Part shown: in pieces, positions 38,914 through 48,797 of the stretch
Layout: every line of letters begins with the position of its first letter
How positions within the stretch are numbered: the stretch's first letter is position 1
From: Leptospiraceae bacterium
Lineage (GTDB): Bacteria; Spirochaetota; Leptospiria; Leptospirales; Leptonemataceae
DNA: 64,000 nt
Reading direction: 5' to 3'
Assembly: GCA_040217195.1 (NCBI GenBank)
Contig: JAVJNR010000003.1
Location: 96,001-160,000, forward strand
Position numbers and translations under genes: made by a program
The notes under the pieces: generated by a model
Seen by the model: the letters and a program-made list of their open reading frames with translations, nothing else
What the model was told of the DNA's origin: nothing
The model's database searches: none

Positions 38914-40017
38914 ATGTTAAAAACTCTCGCAAACAGTCTGATCATCTTATTTCTTTGCCTGTCTATGGCCGTCCAATGCAAGCCTGGCCTGGACTGCCGA
39001 CTGGAAGACAGCGCCTGCAATGCTTTCGCGCTTAGCTCTTTGCTATTATCCACCTCACTGGATTTTCAGGTGCCTCATACACAGCAGTCCTTGTGCTACG
39101 ATGGCACGGCCGCTCAGAGTTGTCCGGTGTCCGGCTTTCCCCGTCAGGACGCAGACCATTTTAGAGCCAGATCGTTTATAGGTTTGAATCATGGCGAAAT
39201 AGCCAGGGACCGGGAAACAGGGATCTTATGGAGACGATGCCTTCTGGGGCAGAACTGGGACGGAAGTAATTGTTCCGGAACGGCGACGGCCAGGAATTAT
39301 GCCGATGCTCAAAGTCAATGTGCAGCTCTTTCAGATTCGCCCTACGGGCCCTGGAGGTTACCCAATTTCCGGGAGCTGAATACTTTCTTCCAATACTCGG
39401 GAAGCAGTCCGGCAATTATTTCCGGCGTTTTTCAGAATTACCCCACGACATTGGGACTCTGGTCCAATAGAACCCTGGAAGCGAATACGGCGAATGCACT
39501 GGCAATTAACCTTGCCACTGGCGCAGTGCTCAGTTATGCTAAAACGAATACGCGATACGTTCAATGTGTAACTGGGCCTGAATTACCTCTGGCAAACTTT
39601 ATCACAGTTCAGCCGGGAGTCGTTCAGGATTTAACCACTGGCTCCCACTGGACCAGCTGCCCATTAATGGCTTCTGGAATTCTGGACACCTCTTCCAATT
39701 GTGCCGGACCCCTGCAGAGTACCAACTGGACTACAGCGCTGCAGCAATGCGCCGCTCTGGATGGTACAGCCGGAATTTATGGTTGGAGAATTCCAACAAT
39801 TCTGGAATTGTTTTCCATTCCGGATTATACAAGTTCCAGCGGTCGCATGTTTAATGATGCTTACTTCCCGAATGGTCCCACCGGCGTCTGGGTATCTACT
39901 ACAGCCGTTTACTCTGCCCTCACGGATGGTTTTCAGATTCGCACCACAGCCACGCCTTTTGACTCTCAGCTTTCACCCAAAACCTCCACCCTTCCTCATC
40001 TTTGCATAGCACCCTGA
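38914..40017 (+). CDS. DUF1566 (Lcl C-terminal) double-domain lipoprotein
   Basis: AVQC lipobox; two D..TG..W..C ... WR(L/I)P...EL repeats. Confidence 0.85.
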   Translation: MLKTLANSLIILFLCLSMAVQCKPGLDCRLEDSACNAFALSSLLLSTSLDFQVPHTQQSLCYDGTAAQSCPVSGFPRQDADHFRARSFIGLNHGEIARDRETGILWRRCLLGQNWDGSNCSGTATARNYADAQSQCAALSDSPYGPWRLPNFRELNTFFQYSGSSPAIISGVFQNYPTTLGLWSNRTLEANTANALAINLATGAVLSYAKTNTRYVQCVTGPELPLANFITVQPGVVQDLTTGSHWTSCPLMASGILDTSSNCAGPLQSTNWTTALQQCAALDGTAGIYGWRIPTILELFSIPDYTSSSGRMFNDAYFPNGPTGVWVSTTAVYSALTDGFQIRTTATPFDSQLSPKTSTLPHLCIAP

Positions 40018-40152
40018 GACTGAAGGTCTCGGGAGTTCATCGTATTTTATTCGCTGGAATTGGAGCTATATGCCTGACTATTTCAGCCCTGCAATGGGCA
40101 TTCAATGGGTATTCTCTCTTATGCCTGTCCCCAGAGGGCTCAGTTGCGGCTG

Positions 40153-41055
40153 CTAGAATTCCCTGGATGCCTGATCCAGAAAAGCTTTCTCCTTTCGAGT
40201 GAGCGAATCCATCCCTTCGGTGCTAATCTTCTCCAGCAATCGATCCACCTCCTCTTTCATGGAGATGCGACGATCTATCTCGGCTTGTTTTTTCGCCAGG
40301 CGCTTCTTCTTTTTGCGACTTTCCCACCAGTCAAAGAGCCCGCCGCCCTCCTTTTCCTTGAGATGCTCGGCGCCAATACCGCTGCTTATAGAGGAGCTAC
40401 GAGTGGAACTCTGGAAGCCACTTTGACTTTCAGCCATGACTCGTCCCCTTCGGGCATGATAGAACAGATAGAGAGCTCCCGCCAGGGCTCCACCAGAATA
40501 CAGAATCACAGTGTCCAACCCTCCGCCCAGAGCGGAAAGAAAAATGAATACAAACAGACCCAGAACCAGCCATTTCATTTTCACAGGGAAGACAAAGAAT
40601 AGAAGAACCTGCCGATCTGGCCAGATTACAGCATAGGCGACCAGCATTCCGGCAATTCCAGCACCCATGCCCCAGACCACCACAGGAAGAAAGGCGCCAA
40701 CAGCAGCCCAGACCATGACTCCACCCAGTAGAGAAATGAAGTAGTACTTCAGGAAATGGCGCCGGCCCCACAGAATCTCCAGCTGGGATCCGAAACCGTA
40801 GATTATGATCACCTCGAATAGAATGGATATGAACTTACCAAAGAATGGGGCTCCAGGACGAGGGTCCGTTACAAAAATGTGAGTGAGAATCTGGGCGGGG
40901 TGAAAATTCTGACCAAAATGCAGGGCCAGCGGGCTAATTTGCGTCCCCATGGACCCTGCGATGACTTCCAGAACGAACGCGGACCCCAGAAGTACCAGAA
41001 TCCTGAGTACACCCTGGGATACCGGAGGGACGGAGATCTGTGAACCAGCCTGCAT
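40153..41055 (-). CDS. Rhomboid-family membrane protein with C-terminal DUF6576-like domain; probably catalytically inactive
   Basis: FGSQLE..WG...FLKYY, FP(V)KMKW and EVDRLLEKIS..G.DSLT..EK.FL motifs; no GxSG or catalytic His. Confidence 0.8.
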   Translation of the reverse strand: MQAGSQISVPPVSQGVLRILVLLGSAFVLEVIAGSMGTQISPLALHFGQNFHPAQILTHIFVTDPRPGAPFFGKFISILFEVIIIYGFGSQLEILWGRRHFLKYYFISLLGGVMVWAAVGAFLPVVVWGMGAGIAGMLVAYAVIWPDRQVLLFFVFPVKMKWLVLGLFVFIFLSALGGGLDTVILYSGGALAGALYLFYHARRGRVMAESQSGFQSSTRSSSISSGIGAEHLKEKEGGGLFDWWESRKKKKRLAKKQAEIDRRISMKEEVDRLLEKISTEGMDSLTRKEKAFLDQASREF

Positions 41056-41111
41056 GATTCCGTAATCGTTCTAAGAACTCATACTAGCAAGCACAACAAG
41101 AGGGGTATCCT

Positions 41112-42278
41112 ATGAAAAGTAAGCAGATCGGAAAGGAAAAGGCGGACTCATCTTTCGCCGAATTGCTGGAGGCCAGTATGGACGGCGGCCAGACCACACG
41201 TCCTGGAACCCCGGTACAGGCACGCATTGCCAGCATTCGCGATAAAGATTTTATTTTTGTAAACACTCAGCTGGGCGCAGGTGTAATTCCTAAAGCACAG
41301 CTGCTGGACCAGGACAACCTGGTAACGGTAAATCCCGGCGAGACCATTCAAGCCTACGTATTGTCCCGCGAAAACGGTGAATTACATCTTACCTTATTTC
41401 CCAGCGGTAAAGCGCAAAAGGCCATTCTGGAACATAGTCTACAGGAAAAACTACCTGTCCTGGGCACTATCCAGAGAAAGATCAAAGGTGGCTACGAAGT
41501 CATGATGGGCGAAGCATCTGCTTTCTGCCCCATGTCTCAGATGGACGGCGATCCTGCCCCTGGAAGCATCCTCTATTTTCTGGTAATAGAGCTTTCGGAC
41601 CGCAAGGTTGTGGTTTCCAACCGGTCCTTTCGCGAAATGGAGAGGGAACGTCAAAAAGAGATTCTTCAGCATGAGCTGGAAGAAGGAGCCATTGTTCAGG
41701 GCACTGTCACCAATCTACTGGACTTTGGTGCCTTTGTTGATATCGGAGGAATGGAAGGATTGATTCCTCTTTCCGAGCTTTCCTACAAGAGAATTCGTCA
41801 CCCATCGGAAGTTGTGAAATCCGGTCAGCCAATCCGAGTGAAAGTGCTGTCCATTGACTGGAAAGAAGATCGAATTACACTATCTTTGAAATCCCTGCTG
41901 GAAAACCCATGGCAGGGGCAAATGCCTTTCGCTCCAGGCGACATCGTAGAAGCCACGGTCGAGTCTATTAAGAACTTCGGAGTATTCGCTCGTTTACCAG
42001 ATGGCTTTAGCGGATTGATTCCAATGAGCGAAACTGGCCTTCCCAGAGGAATTGCTGCAGACAAGGAATTCCATCGGGGTGAGCAGCTACGTTTGATGAT
42101 TCTGGATGTAGACCGTCAGAGAGAAAAGATCAGTCTATCTCTACGCCGGGTTCAGGATGCGGATGCTCGCAAAGAATACGAGCAATATATGCAGGATAAT
42201 CAGCCCGAGGAAAAAGAAGAAGTATCCAGCTTTGGAAAAGCACTGCTTGCATCGCTGAATCAAAACGACAAATCCTGA
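41112..42278 (+). CDS. Ribosomal protein S1-like protein (four S1 domains)
   Basis: AFCPMSQM, DFGAFVDIGGMEGLIPLSELS and FGVFARL...SGLIPMSE repeats. Confidence 0.88.
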   Translation: MKSKQIGKEKADSSFAELLEASMDGGQTTRPGTPVQARIASIRDKDFIFVNTQLGAGVIPKAQLLDQDNLVTVNPGETIQAYVLSRENGELHLTLFPSGKAQKAILEHSLQEKLPVLGTIQRKIKGGYEVMMGEASAFCPMSQMDGDPAPGSILYFLVIELSDRKVVVSNRSFREMERERQKEILQHELEEGAIVQGTVTNLLDFGAFVDIGGMEGLIPLSELSYKRIRHPSEVVKSGQPIRVKVLSIDWKEDRITLSLKSLLENPWQGQMPFAPGDIVEATVESIKNFGVFARLPDGFSGLIPMSETGLPRGIAADKEFHRGEQLRLMILDVDRQREKISLSLRRVQDADARKEYEQYMQDNQPEEKEEVSSFGKALLASLNQNDKS

Positions 42279-42340
42279 TTCTTACTCGAACAGAAAAACA
42301 GTAACCTGGATGCAGCAGAAACCTGCTGCATCTAAACCAG

Positions 42341-42370
42341 AAGGCAGAGCATAAGAACTCTGCCTTTTTT
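42341..42370 (+). terminator. Rho-independent terminator after the S1-domain gene
   Basis: AAGGCAGAG-N8-CTCTGCCTT plus T-run; a second perfect hairpin GATGCAGCAG/CTGCTGCATC lies at 42309-42332. Confidence 0.8.
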
Positions 42371-42475
42371 GTATCAACCAGTACGGACGAGACGATATCC
42401 GCCTGCAGAAACTAGTGTAGAACGCTTTGGCCACAACAAGGCCAGGGAACTCAATCGATCCAGAATTCGCTTCCT

Positions 42476-42527
42476 CATACGATTCAGACATACGATTCAG
42501 ACATACGATTCAGACGTAGAATTCAGG
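42476..42527. repeat. 13-bp tandem repeat
   Basis: CATACGATTCAGA three times exactly (42476-42514) plus a degenerate CGTAGAATTCAGG. Confidence 0.9.
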
Positions 42528-42533
42528 AATATA

Positions 42534-43664
42534 TCATACCGGTTCAAAGAAATGAGTAAACAGCGTAGTGCCTGCCCCACCAATACTCTGCATCAATGCA
42601 GGCCCGATCTTATCTGGCGGTAGTTGATTCGCGCCTGCAGAGGCAGTGAGCTGAGCAAAGATTTCCGAGGCCTGATAGAGAGCCGTGGCGCCGATGGGAT
42701 GTCCCCTGGCCTTCAAACCTCCCATGCTTGCGATAGGTATTTTCCCTTCAGGAAAGATTTGCCCTTCCTCTGCCAGATGCACCCCTTTTCCCTTCTCAGC
42801 AAATCCACAGGCCTCCAGACAGAGACAGGCCATTATATTAAAAGCATCGTGTACTTCAAAGAATTTGAAGTCTTCGGTGCTTCTACCGCTGGCTTCGCAG
42901 GCTTTGCGAAAACTCCTTCTGGAAGCCAGAAAATCCAGAGGATCCAGTCTATCTTCCAGAACAAATCGATCGGTGGAGCAGGAGCTGGCAGTGAGTTTTA
43001 CGGCTCCTGACTTGTAATCCGAACGACTCATGATGATACAGGCTCCTCCATCGCATACCGGAGAGCAATCGAATAGCCGCAGAGGCTCTGCGATGATCCT
43101 GGACTGCAAAGCCTCCTGCTTATCAATTTCCTTCTGGAACAGGGCCAGTGGATTTCTGGACCCGTTTCGATGTGCATTGATAGCAAAGTTTACAAAGGAA
43201 GAATAGTCAATAGAATGGCTCTTCAGATACCAGGCCAGGGCCACTGCATTCTTGATTACCATCGTTTGATCGGCTTCTCGCACAGCATGAAGAGCCTTTC
43301 GCAAAACCGGATTGGCATCTCCGGCGGACATCCTTTCCACACCTACCACTGCCACAGAGCTAGCTTCGCCGCTTTTTAAGGCCAGAAACCCTGCTCGAAT
43401 AGCGGCGGCTCCGCTGGCAGAAACCGATGAAATATCCATGGCTTCTACGCCGGAAAGTCCGGCCCCATCGGCAATCAAAGATGCAAGATGATACTGACCT
43501 TCCAGTTCACCGCTCATCATACTGGAAGCATAGACTGCATCCACCGAATCCAGGCCGCTTGGCTCCAGAGCCTTCTTAACAAGAGAGGCGCCCGCTTCCC
43601 AGGACGCCTGCTCCATAGATTTTTGCACCGGCATTCTTGCTGCCGAAAGTACATGAACGGCCAT
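42534..43664 (-). CDS. SCP2-type thiolase-family protein
   Basis: VGVERMS, DCSPVCDGG, EVHDAF, GGLKARGHPIGAT motifs. Confidence 0.88.
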   Translation of the reverse strand: MAVHVLSAARMPVQKSMEQASWEAGASLVKKALEPSGLDSVDAVYASSMMSGELEGQYHLASLIADGAGLSGVEAMDISSVSASGAAAIRAGFLALKSGEASSVAVVGVERMSAGDANPVLRKALHAVREADQTMVIKNAVALAWYLKSHSIDYSSFVNFAINAHRNGSRNPLALFQKEIDKQEALQSRIIAEPLRLFDCSPVCDGGACIIMSRSDYKSGAVKLTASSCSTDRFVLEDRLDPLDFLASRRSFRKACEASGRSTEDFKFFEVHDAFNIMACLCLEACGFAEKGKGVHLAEEGQIFPEGKIPIASMGGLKARGHPIGATALYQASEIFAQLTASAGANQLPPDKIGPALMQSIGGAGTTLFTHFFEPV

Positions 43665-43688
43665 CCGACCAGACTGATTTAGAGCACC

Positions 43689-45293
43689 TTAGTTTCCATA
43701 GAAATTTCCAGAGATGCCTTCCGGAACTTCTACCTGGTATCCCAGTCGCAGGGTACGTTTCTCTCCGGGCTTCAAGGTCAATGCCCAGACCAGAATACCG
43801 CTACTTCCGGTGAGTTCCTTGTATCCACCACTGGTATCTTCAAGTATGCGAACTTTGACTTTCTCGGTTGCAGTTACCGGGATCCGCTCATACAGTTTGA
43901 TGCTCTGGCTTTTGCCGGTAGGATTCTCCAGTTCCAGCCTGACTTCGGTCTGGAAGATTCGATTGGAAGATATGAGACCTGCTTCTTTTTGACTTCGATA
44001 GATTTTGCGATTCAGCCTCACATCGCCGGTGACTCCCAGGCCAGCCATCAATTCTGAACCAGGAGGAGTGTATTCAATGTAGGTCATACCCATGTAACCG
44101 TCTGGACCATAGATATAGCCCTTTCCGGATAGCATGGAATACCTGGATTCATTCTTTAGCTGCAAAGCACGGTGAGGACTTGAAGATACCTGCCCTACAA
44201 CTCTAAGATGTTCATCCAGGACTTTCAATTCAAGCGCGGCCACAGTGATGCGCTGATATCGCTTTCCCGAGGGAATGCTAACTCGATCTGGAATACGAAA
44301 TCGAACCTGTCTTTCCTGTTGATCTCGAATCTCGGATTCGGAGGCTTCGCCTTCCGCTCCATCGAAATCCACCGCCTGATTCTGGGTGACAATTTCGGTG
44401 TTTGCGGCCACTTCCCTGGCGTGCACCCGTATTGCAGAAAGGGCCGGTCGATTGCCACCTCGATCCGGTCTGGAAGTAGATAGCTCCAATTCAACGTTTA
44501 CCCAGTCCTCACCGCTACTTTGCTGGATCAGTCCAACAACTTTGCCCGGTATGGTGGTGGATCCTTTCCTGTATTCTAGATTGTAGGATACATCCCATCC
44601 GGCATCTTCCACCATATAGTCAAAGCCGGTTTTTACCGTTGTAGCTTTCGGAACGTACAGTGTGAGTTCAACAATTCGAATTTCATCGGAAAGATCAGAA
44701 TCCAGCTGCTTGATTCTGGATTCCACTAACTCCAGTTCTTCTTTTAAGGTATCTCTCTTTCTGAGTATTCGCTGAATATCTAGCTGAATGTCATCGCTGC
44801 TTCTGGACACATGGGCCCTGGCCGACTGCCAGGCAGCCAGCTGAGCAGAGCTCTTCTCAAAGGCAGCATCCGATACGCCCTGCAGTAGGATTTTCAAGAA
44901 TCGGTCATTTAAATTCGCAAGAGCTTCCAGTTTATCTTTCTGTCGATTAATTGCATCCAGCTCGGTCTGCAATTCCTTCCGCCTCTTTTCCAGGCTGGCC
45001 AATCGTTCATCGATGGCCTGACTTGCCTTCTCCGTTCTGGTCCAGATGCTTTGAACTATACAATTACTCTCTGCACAGAATCCCACCAGGGTCTCTGACT
45101 TAAGCTTAACCGCTGGACCGCGATAAATGATCCGATTTTGACCGGCACTGAGAGGAACACTGGAAGCTCTTCGCACCAGGGCCCTATCATTGTAAAGAAC
45201 TACACTTTCGATGGGAAATGGTCTGGTTTCTGCCAGCAGATTGGAGCCTGCCAGATACAGACCAATCAGAAATAATGAATAGTACCGGTTCAT
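43689..45293 (-). CDS. DUF4140/DUF4139 (MuiA-like) exported protein
   Basis: Signal peptide, IESVVLYNDRALVRR, coiled coil, QSSGEDWVNVELELSTSRP, C-terminal GILVW.L.L.PGE. Confidence 0.88.
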   Translation of the reverse strand: MNRYYSLFLIGLYLAGSNLLAETRPFPIESVVLYNDRALVRRASSVPLSAGQNRIIYRGPAVKLKSETLVGFCAESNCIVQSIWTRTEKASQAIDERLASLEKRRKELQTELDAINRQKDKLEALANLNDRFLKILLQGVSDAAFEKSSAQLAAWQSARAHVSRSSDDIQLDIQRILRKRDTLKEELELVESRIKQLDSDLSDEIRIVELTLYVPKATTVKTGFDYMVEDAGWDVSYNLEYRKGSTTIPGKVVGLIQQSSGEDWVNVELELSTSRPDRGGNRPALSAIRVHAREVAANTEIVTQNQAVDFDGAEGEASESEIRDQQERQVRFRIPDRVSIPSGKRYQRITVAALELKVLDEHLRVVGQVSSSPHRALQLKNESRYSMLSGKGYIYGPDGYMGMTYIEYTPPGSELMAGLGVTGDVRLNRKIYRSQKEAGLISSNRIFQTEVRLELENPTGKSQSIKLYERIPVTATEKVKVRILEDTSGGYKELTGSSGILVWALTLKPGEKRTLRLGYQVEVPEGISGNFYGN

Positions 45294-47392
45294 CGTGAGC
45301 CTCCTTCATTGGCCATTACCGGCACTACATCTCTGTCATGAATTAGCTGGTATTCAATCTTTATCTTTTCCCGGACTCCAGGTCTGACCTTTAACTCAAA
45401 GCGAACAATTCCATTATCTTCGTTTTTCACAGGAGTTGGACTCAGTTTAACATTCTCTATATTGATTCGATCATCCGCTGCCCGTGGTACACTGCCATAT
45501 AGAACGACATCCACAGCATAGGATCTGCGATTATGGATGGTGTATTCCTGCTCGTAGCGCACAGCCCTGCGCCCGCCGAACAATCCTTCGGAGGATTCAT
45601 ACTGTCTGTCTTCTCGATTGATTTCAATATCCGGATCTTTTCCCAGGTTCAGATCGTATCTTTCGCCGGGGGCCACCATGGGATGGGTGGATGTGCCTCC
45701 AAAATCTTCGCCATAGTAAATATCCACGGGACCAGCCAGCAATGCCTGCTTATCCGAGTATTTGATATTGGCAGTCAGGTAGGCACCTGGACTCCGGTTC
45801 AAAGATACCTCATAGCTTAAAGAAGCATCGTATCTGTTTTCCGAAATAAAGACGGAGCGTAACACCCCGTCCGAACTAACCGAGACTTTTAAGGGAGCAT
45901 CCAGAGAGAAATCTCCAGGGACCTGTTTTCCAGGCGCGGTGAGTCTACTTTTCAGCTTCCTGGTTTGCTCCATTTCATAGGACCAGGCGCGGATTTCCTG
46001 AGCCTGCTTGATCTCCCTTTGAAATTTAGTTTTCTCGGAAGGAGATAGGCGACGGATGATGTCCAGAGTTCTGGAAGCGTGCTGCCTGGCATTGCTGAAA
46101 TCTCTTTTGTTGTAGTAGTTTTCCTGCTCATTTACCGATTCCCGGAAATCTTCCATTAAATCTCTAGCTTCCCGGGCCTTTTGATCCGCCAGTTCCTCTT
46201 TCACATCTGCCAGATTCTTATTGTAAAAGCCTCGAACATCGTTTACCGATTGTTCCATTCTTTGCTGCTGCTCCATGGCCTTTTTGGGCGCAGGTTTATA
46301 GGATGTGGAAGGCTCCGGAGAAGGAGAGTCCTTTCTCTTTTCACGATCTGAATACCCGGCCGGCGCCTCATCGTCCGAGGACTGCGCAACCATGCTGTCT
46401 GAAGCACCATTCTCATTGCGAGCCGTTCGCTCATATTCAGGCCGAATAACAGAAGCGATGGTCCAGCGACGAAGTTCAGGTAGTCGGCTGGGATTGGTAA
46501 GATCTGCAGTGGATAGAGTGAGACTGGCATTGTTCCAGTCCTCTCCGGACTCATTGTAAACGTAGACGGCTGAAGTTAGCTTAACTGCCGGACTGGAAGA
46601 ACGGGACTCTTCCAGCGTCAGCCTGTAATGTGGAAACCATCCGGCATCTTCCACACCATACTCAAGCGCCAGATCATAACTGCCTGCTTTAGGAGCTTCC
46701 AGATCCACAATTACAGTCTTTCTTCTGGTTTCTTTCTGACTCTTGTATCGGTCAGCCACTGTAAGTGCAATTTCCAGCCTTCGCCGGGCATTGTCTATAC
46801 GGCCCAGAAGCTCATTGATTTTTCCATTTATGGTTGTTAGCGATGAATCTACGAATCCAAAGATATGCTTCCATCGTTCAATTGAAATAATAGGTCGATC
46901 TTCTCCCGTAGGCTTCAGATCTATGGAAGAAAGAGCCTTTCTCTGCTCGATTTGAGCCAGATACAGTGCTGTAACCTCCCTTAACTCCTGTTCCGCTGCC
47001 TTTAGCTCCTTTTCTGCCTGCTCAGCTTCTCTGGTGCGAAATTCCTTCTCTACCACAGTTTCCACTCTTAGATCCAGAAGCCTCAGATCAGAGGAGCCTT
47101 TAAGTCTCAGTCGAGCCGTTTGATCCAGGAGCTTTTCGGGTAAATCTTCAAATGCCAGACGAACTCGGCCGGCTGGCAGATCCAGGGTAGTGGTACGAAG
47201 AAGCAAAGCCTGTCCATCGAATAGGTGGACTCTGGTGATACTGGAAGGGATGGATCGATAGTCTTTTTCTTCGGCCAGAAGACTAACGCTGTTAATAATC
47301 AAGGTAAAGGTAGTCAGGATCAGCGAAAACCGTTGGAGGGATTTCATAGATCTATAGACGAGCCTCCGGGTCGGAAGTTCATTAAGGTACAT
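45290..47392 (-). CDS. DUF4140/DUF4139 exported protein with a central insertion
   Basis: ITRVHLF..QALL.R, coiled coil, NESGEDWNNASLTLSTA, LLAGPV..Y; GGAGG RBS; ATGA overlap with the downstream paralog. Confidence 0.85.
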   Translation of the reverse strand: MYLNELPTRRLVYRSMKSLQRFSLILTTFTLIINSVSLLAEEKDYRSIPSSITRVHLFDGQALLLRTTTLDLPAGRVRLAFEDLPEKLLDQTARLRLKGSSDLRLLDLRVETVVEKEFRTREAEQAEKELKAAEQELREVTALYLAQIEQRKALSSIDLKPTGEDRPIISIERWKHIFGFVDSSLTTINGKINELLGRIDNARRRLEIALTVADRYKSQKETRRKTVIVDLEAPKAGSYDLALEYGVEDAGWFPHYRLTLEESRSSSPAVKLTSAVYVYNESGEDWNNASLTLSTADLTNPSRLPELRRWTIASVIRPEYERTARNENGASDSMVAQSSDDEAPAGYSDREKRKDSPSPEPSTSYKPAPKKAMEQQQRMEQSVNDVRGFYNKNLADVKEELADQKAREARDLMEDFRESVNEQENYYNKRDFSNARQHASRTLDIIRRLSPSEKTKFQREIKQAQEIRAWSYEMEQTRKLKSRLTAPGKQVPGDFSLDAPLKVSVSSDGVLRSVFISENRYDASLSYEVSLNRSPGAYLTANIKYSDKQALLAGPVDIYYGEDFGGTSTHPMVAPGERYDLNLGKDPDIEINREDRQYESSEGLFGGRRAVRYEQEYTIHNRRSYAVDVVLYGSVPRAADDRINIENVKLSPTPVKNEDNGIVRFELKVRPGVREKIKIEYQLIHDRDVVPVMANEGGSR

Positions 47393-47422
47393 AGGTTCTC
47401 CCTCCGGAAGCTGTTCCGGGCA

Positions 47423-48139
47423 TTACTGAATCGTATTCAGTGCTCTCTTTCGAGCATCATCGTAGCTCTTAAGAGTTCGCTGATTCATTTTCTTCACATC
47501 CTCGAACTTCTTTCGCATTTCATCGGACATGTTGGCATCTGCTTTATTTAGAACGTATTCAATTAGCTCCAGGCGGTCATTCAGAGCCTTTTGCTGGTAG
47601 TCGTAGTATTCGTTAACTTCCTCTGCGCTGGCATCTTTCTTAACGATTCTGGTCTGGATTTGATAGATCTCCTGGCGACGTTCCTCTTTTTGAGCCTTCA
47701 ATTCAGGAGTCATTCTTTGAGGAATAACCGTGTTTCCAGGAAACTTCTCTCGAAGCTTATCAAACTGAGACATCTGGCGGTCGGTGAAGGGCTGCCCGGT
47801 TTGAGGATTTACAGGATTTCCCTTGCTAACCGGATCCAGAATCTCTGGATCTCCGTATTCTCTTTGCCTGTCCTGGGGTCGATCTGGCAGGTTGTTGTCA
47901 CCTACTCCAGAATCCATGAAACCGGAGTCGAACAATGAATCGCCAGGCTCGGTGCCGCGACCCATGGGAGCGGACGATGGGCCGGAATCATCGGTATTCA
48001 CTCCAAACATGTTCAGCGCGGCCTGATCTGCATCGGACATCTGGGGTTTGGAGGAAGGAGCACTCCAGATTACGGATACCAGGATAAAAAATGCTACTAC
48101 GAGAAAGACGTTTCTAGCTTTAGTATTGGAATAGCCCAT
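47423..48139 (-). CDS. Membrane-anchored hypothetical protein (possibly LIC_20245-like)
   Basis: N-terminal TM, acidic linker, NPQTGQPF...FP.N..IP motif and helical C-terminus. Start moved to ATG 48139. Family recalled from memory. Confidence 0.6.
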   Translation of the reverse strand: MGYSNTKARNVFLVVAFFILVSVIWSAPSSKPQMSDADQAALNMFGVNTDDSGPSSAPMGRGTEPGDSLFDSGFMDSGVGDNNLPDRPQDRQREYGDPEILDPVSKGNPVNPQTGQPFTDRQMSQFDKLREKFPGNTVIPQRMTPELKAQKEERRQEIYQIQTRIVKKDASAEEVNEYYDYQQKALNDRLELIEYVLNKADANMSDEMRKKFEDVKKMNQRTLKSYDDARKRALNTIQ

Positions 48140-48221
48140 ATATCTGAGACGATGCAGTTGAACAGGCGGTTTGGCAAGTTTTTTCGTTGTATGTTCAGGG
48201 GCATGGAACAGGCAGGTATAG

Positions 48222-48794
48222 ATGCAGCGCTTCGGCCCGATTACTTTGCTGACAGTTTTGCTGCTGTCCAGCCTGCCCGGTTGTGGAACCAACACAGACC
48301 GGCCTGTTTATTCCATCTTTTCCATACTTTCGGTGGCTGCTCCGGCCATTGTGGATGTAGCCCCGGTGGATATTTCCGAAGGACTGCTGGGTACTCCGGG
48401 CTTCAAGCTAAGATACGGCTTTGATGTGAAGTACTACGTAACCAATCAGGAACCTGAATTCATTGGTTACAATCTGTACATTACTACTACCAGCCTGTCC
48501 ACAGAAGCCATTCTATCAGGAATTGGAACCGATCCCTATTTACCGGCGGGTTATGAGCCATCTTTTTATCACAGTCCATCCGAGGCAGACACCTCATCTT
48601 CCGCTCTAATCACTCGTAGAATTTCAGCCGTAAAGGCTCCTCCGGGTGAAGTTCCATTTCAAGTCTGTGAGAAATACTTCTTCAGGCTTCAGGCTGTGCT
48701 ATTGACCGGGATTGAATCGGCCCCTGGACCGGAGATCTCCGGATGTGCATTCTACGATTCCACCCTCTGTCCCACAGATAGTTCCTGCAATTGA
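48222..48794 (+). CDS. Putative lipoprotein (LIC11073-like)
   Basis: LPGC lipobox, YYVTNQE..F.GYNLYI motif, Cys-rich tail; upstream of rsmI. Family recalled from memory. Confidence 0.65.
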   Translation: MQRFGPITLLTVLLLSSLPGCGTNTDRPVYSIFSILSVAAPAIVDVAPVDISEGLLGTPGFKLRYGFDVKYYVTNQEPEFIGYNLYITTTSLSTEAILSGIGTDPYLPAGYEPSFYHSPSEADTSSSALITRRISAVKAPPGEVPFQVCEKYFFRLQAVLLTGIESAPGPEISGCAFYDSTLCPTDSSCN

Positions 48795-48797
48795 AGA

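Noticed and set aside
38914..40017. DUF1566 protein as a diversity-generating retroelement target
   Set aside because: No reverse transcriptase and no template repeat with adenine-specific mismatches seen in the window.
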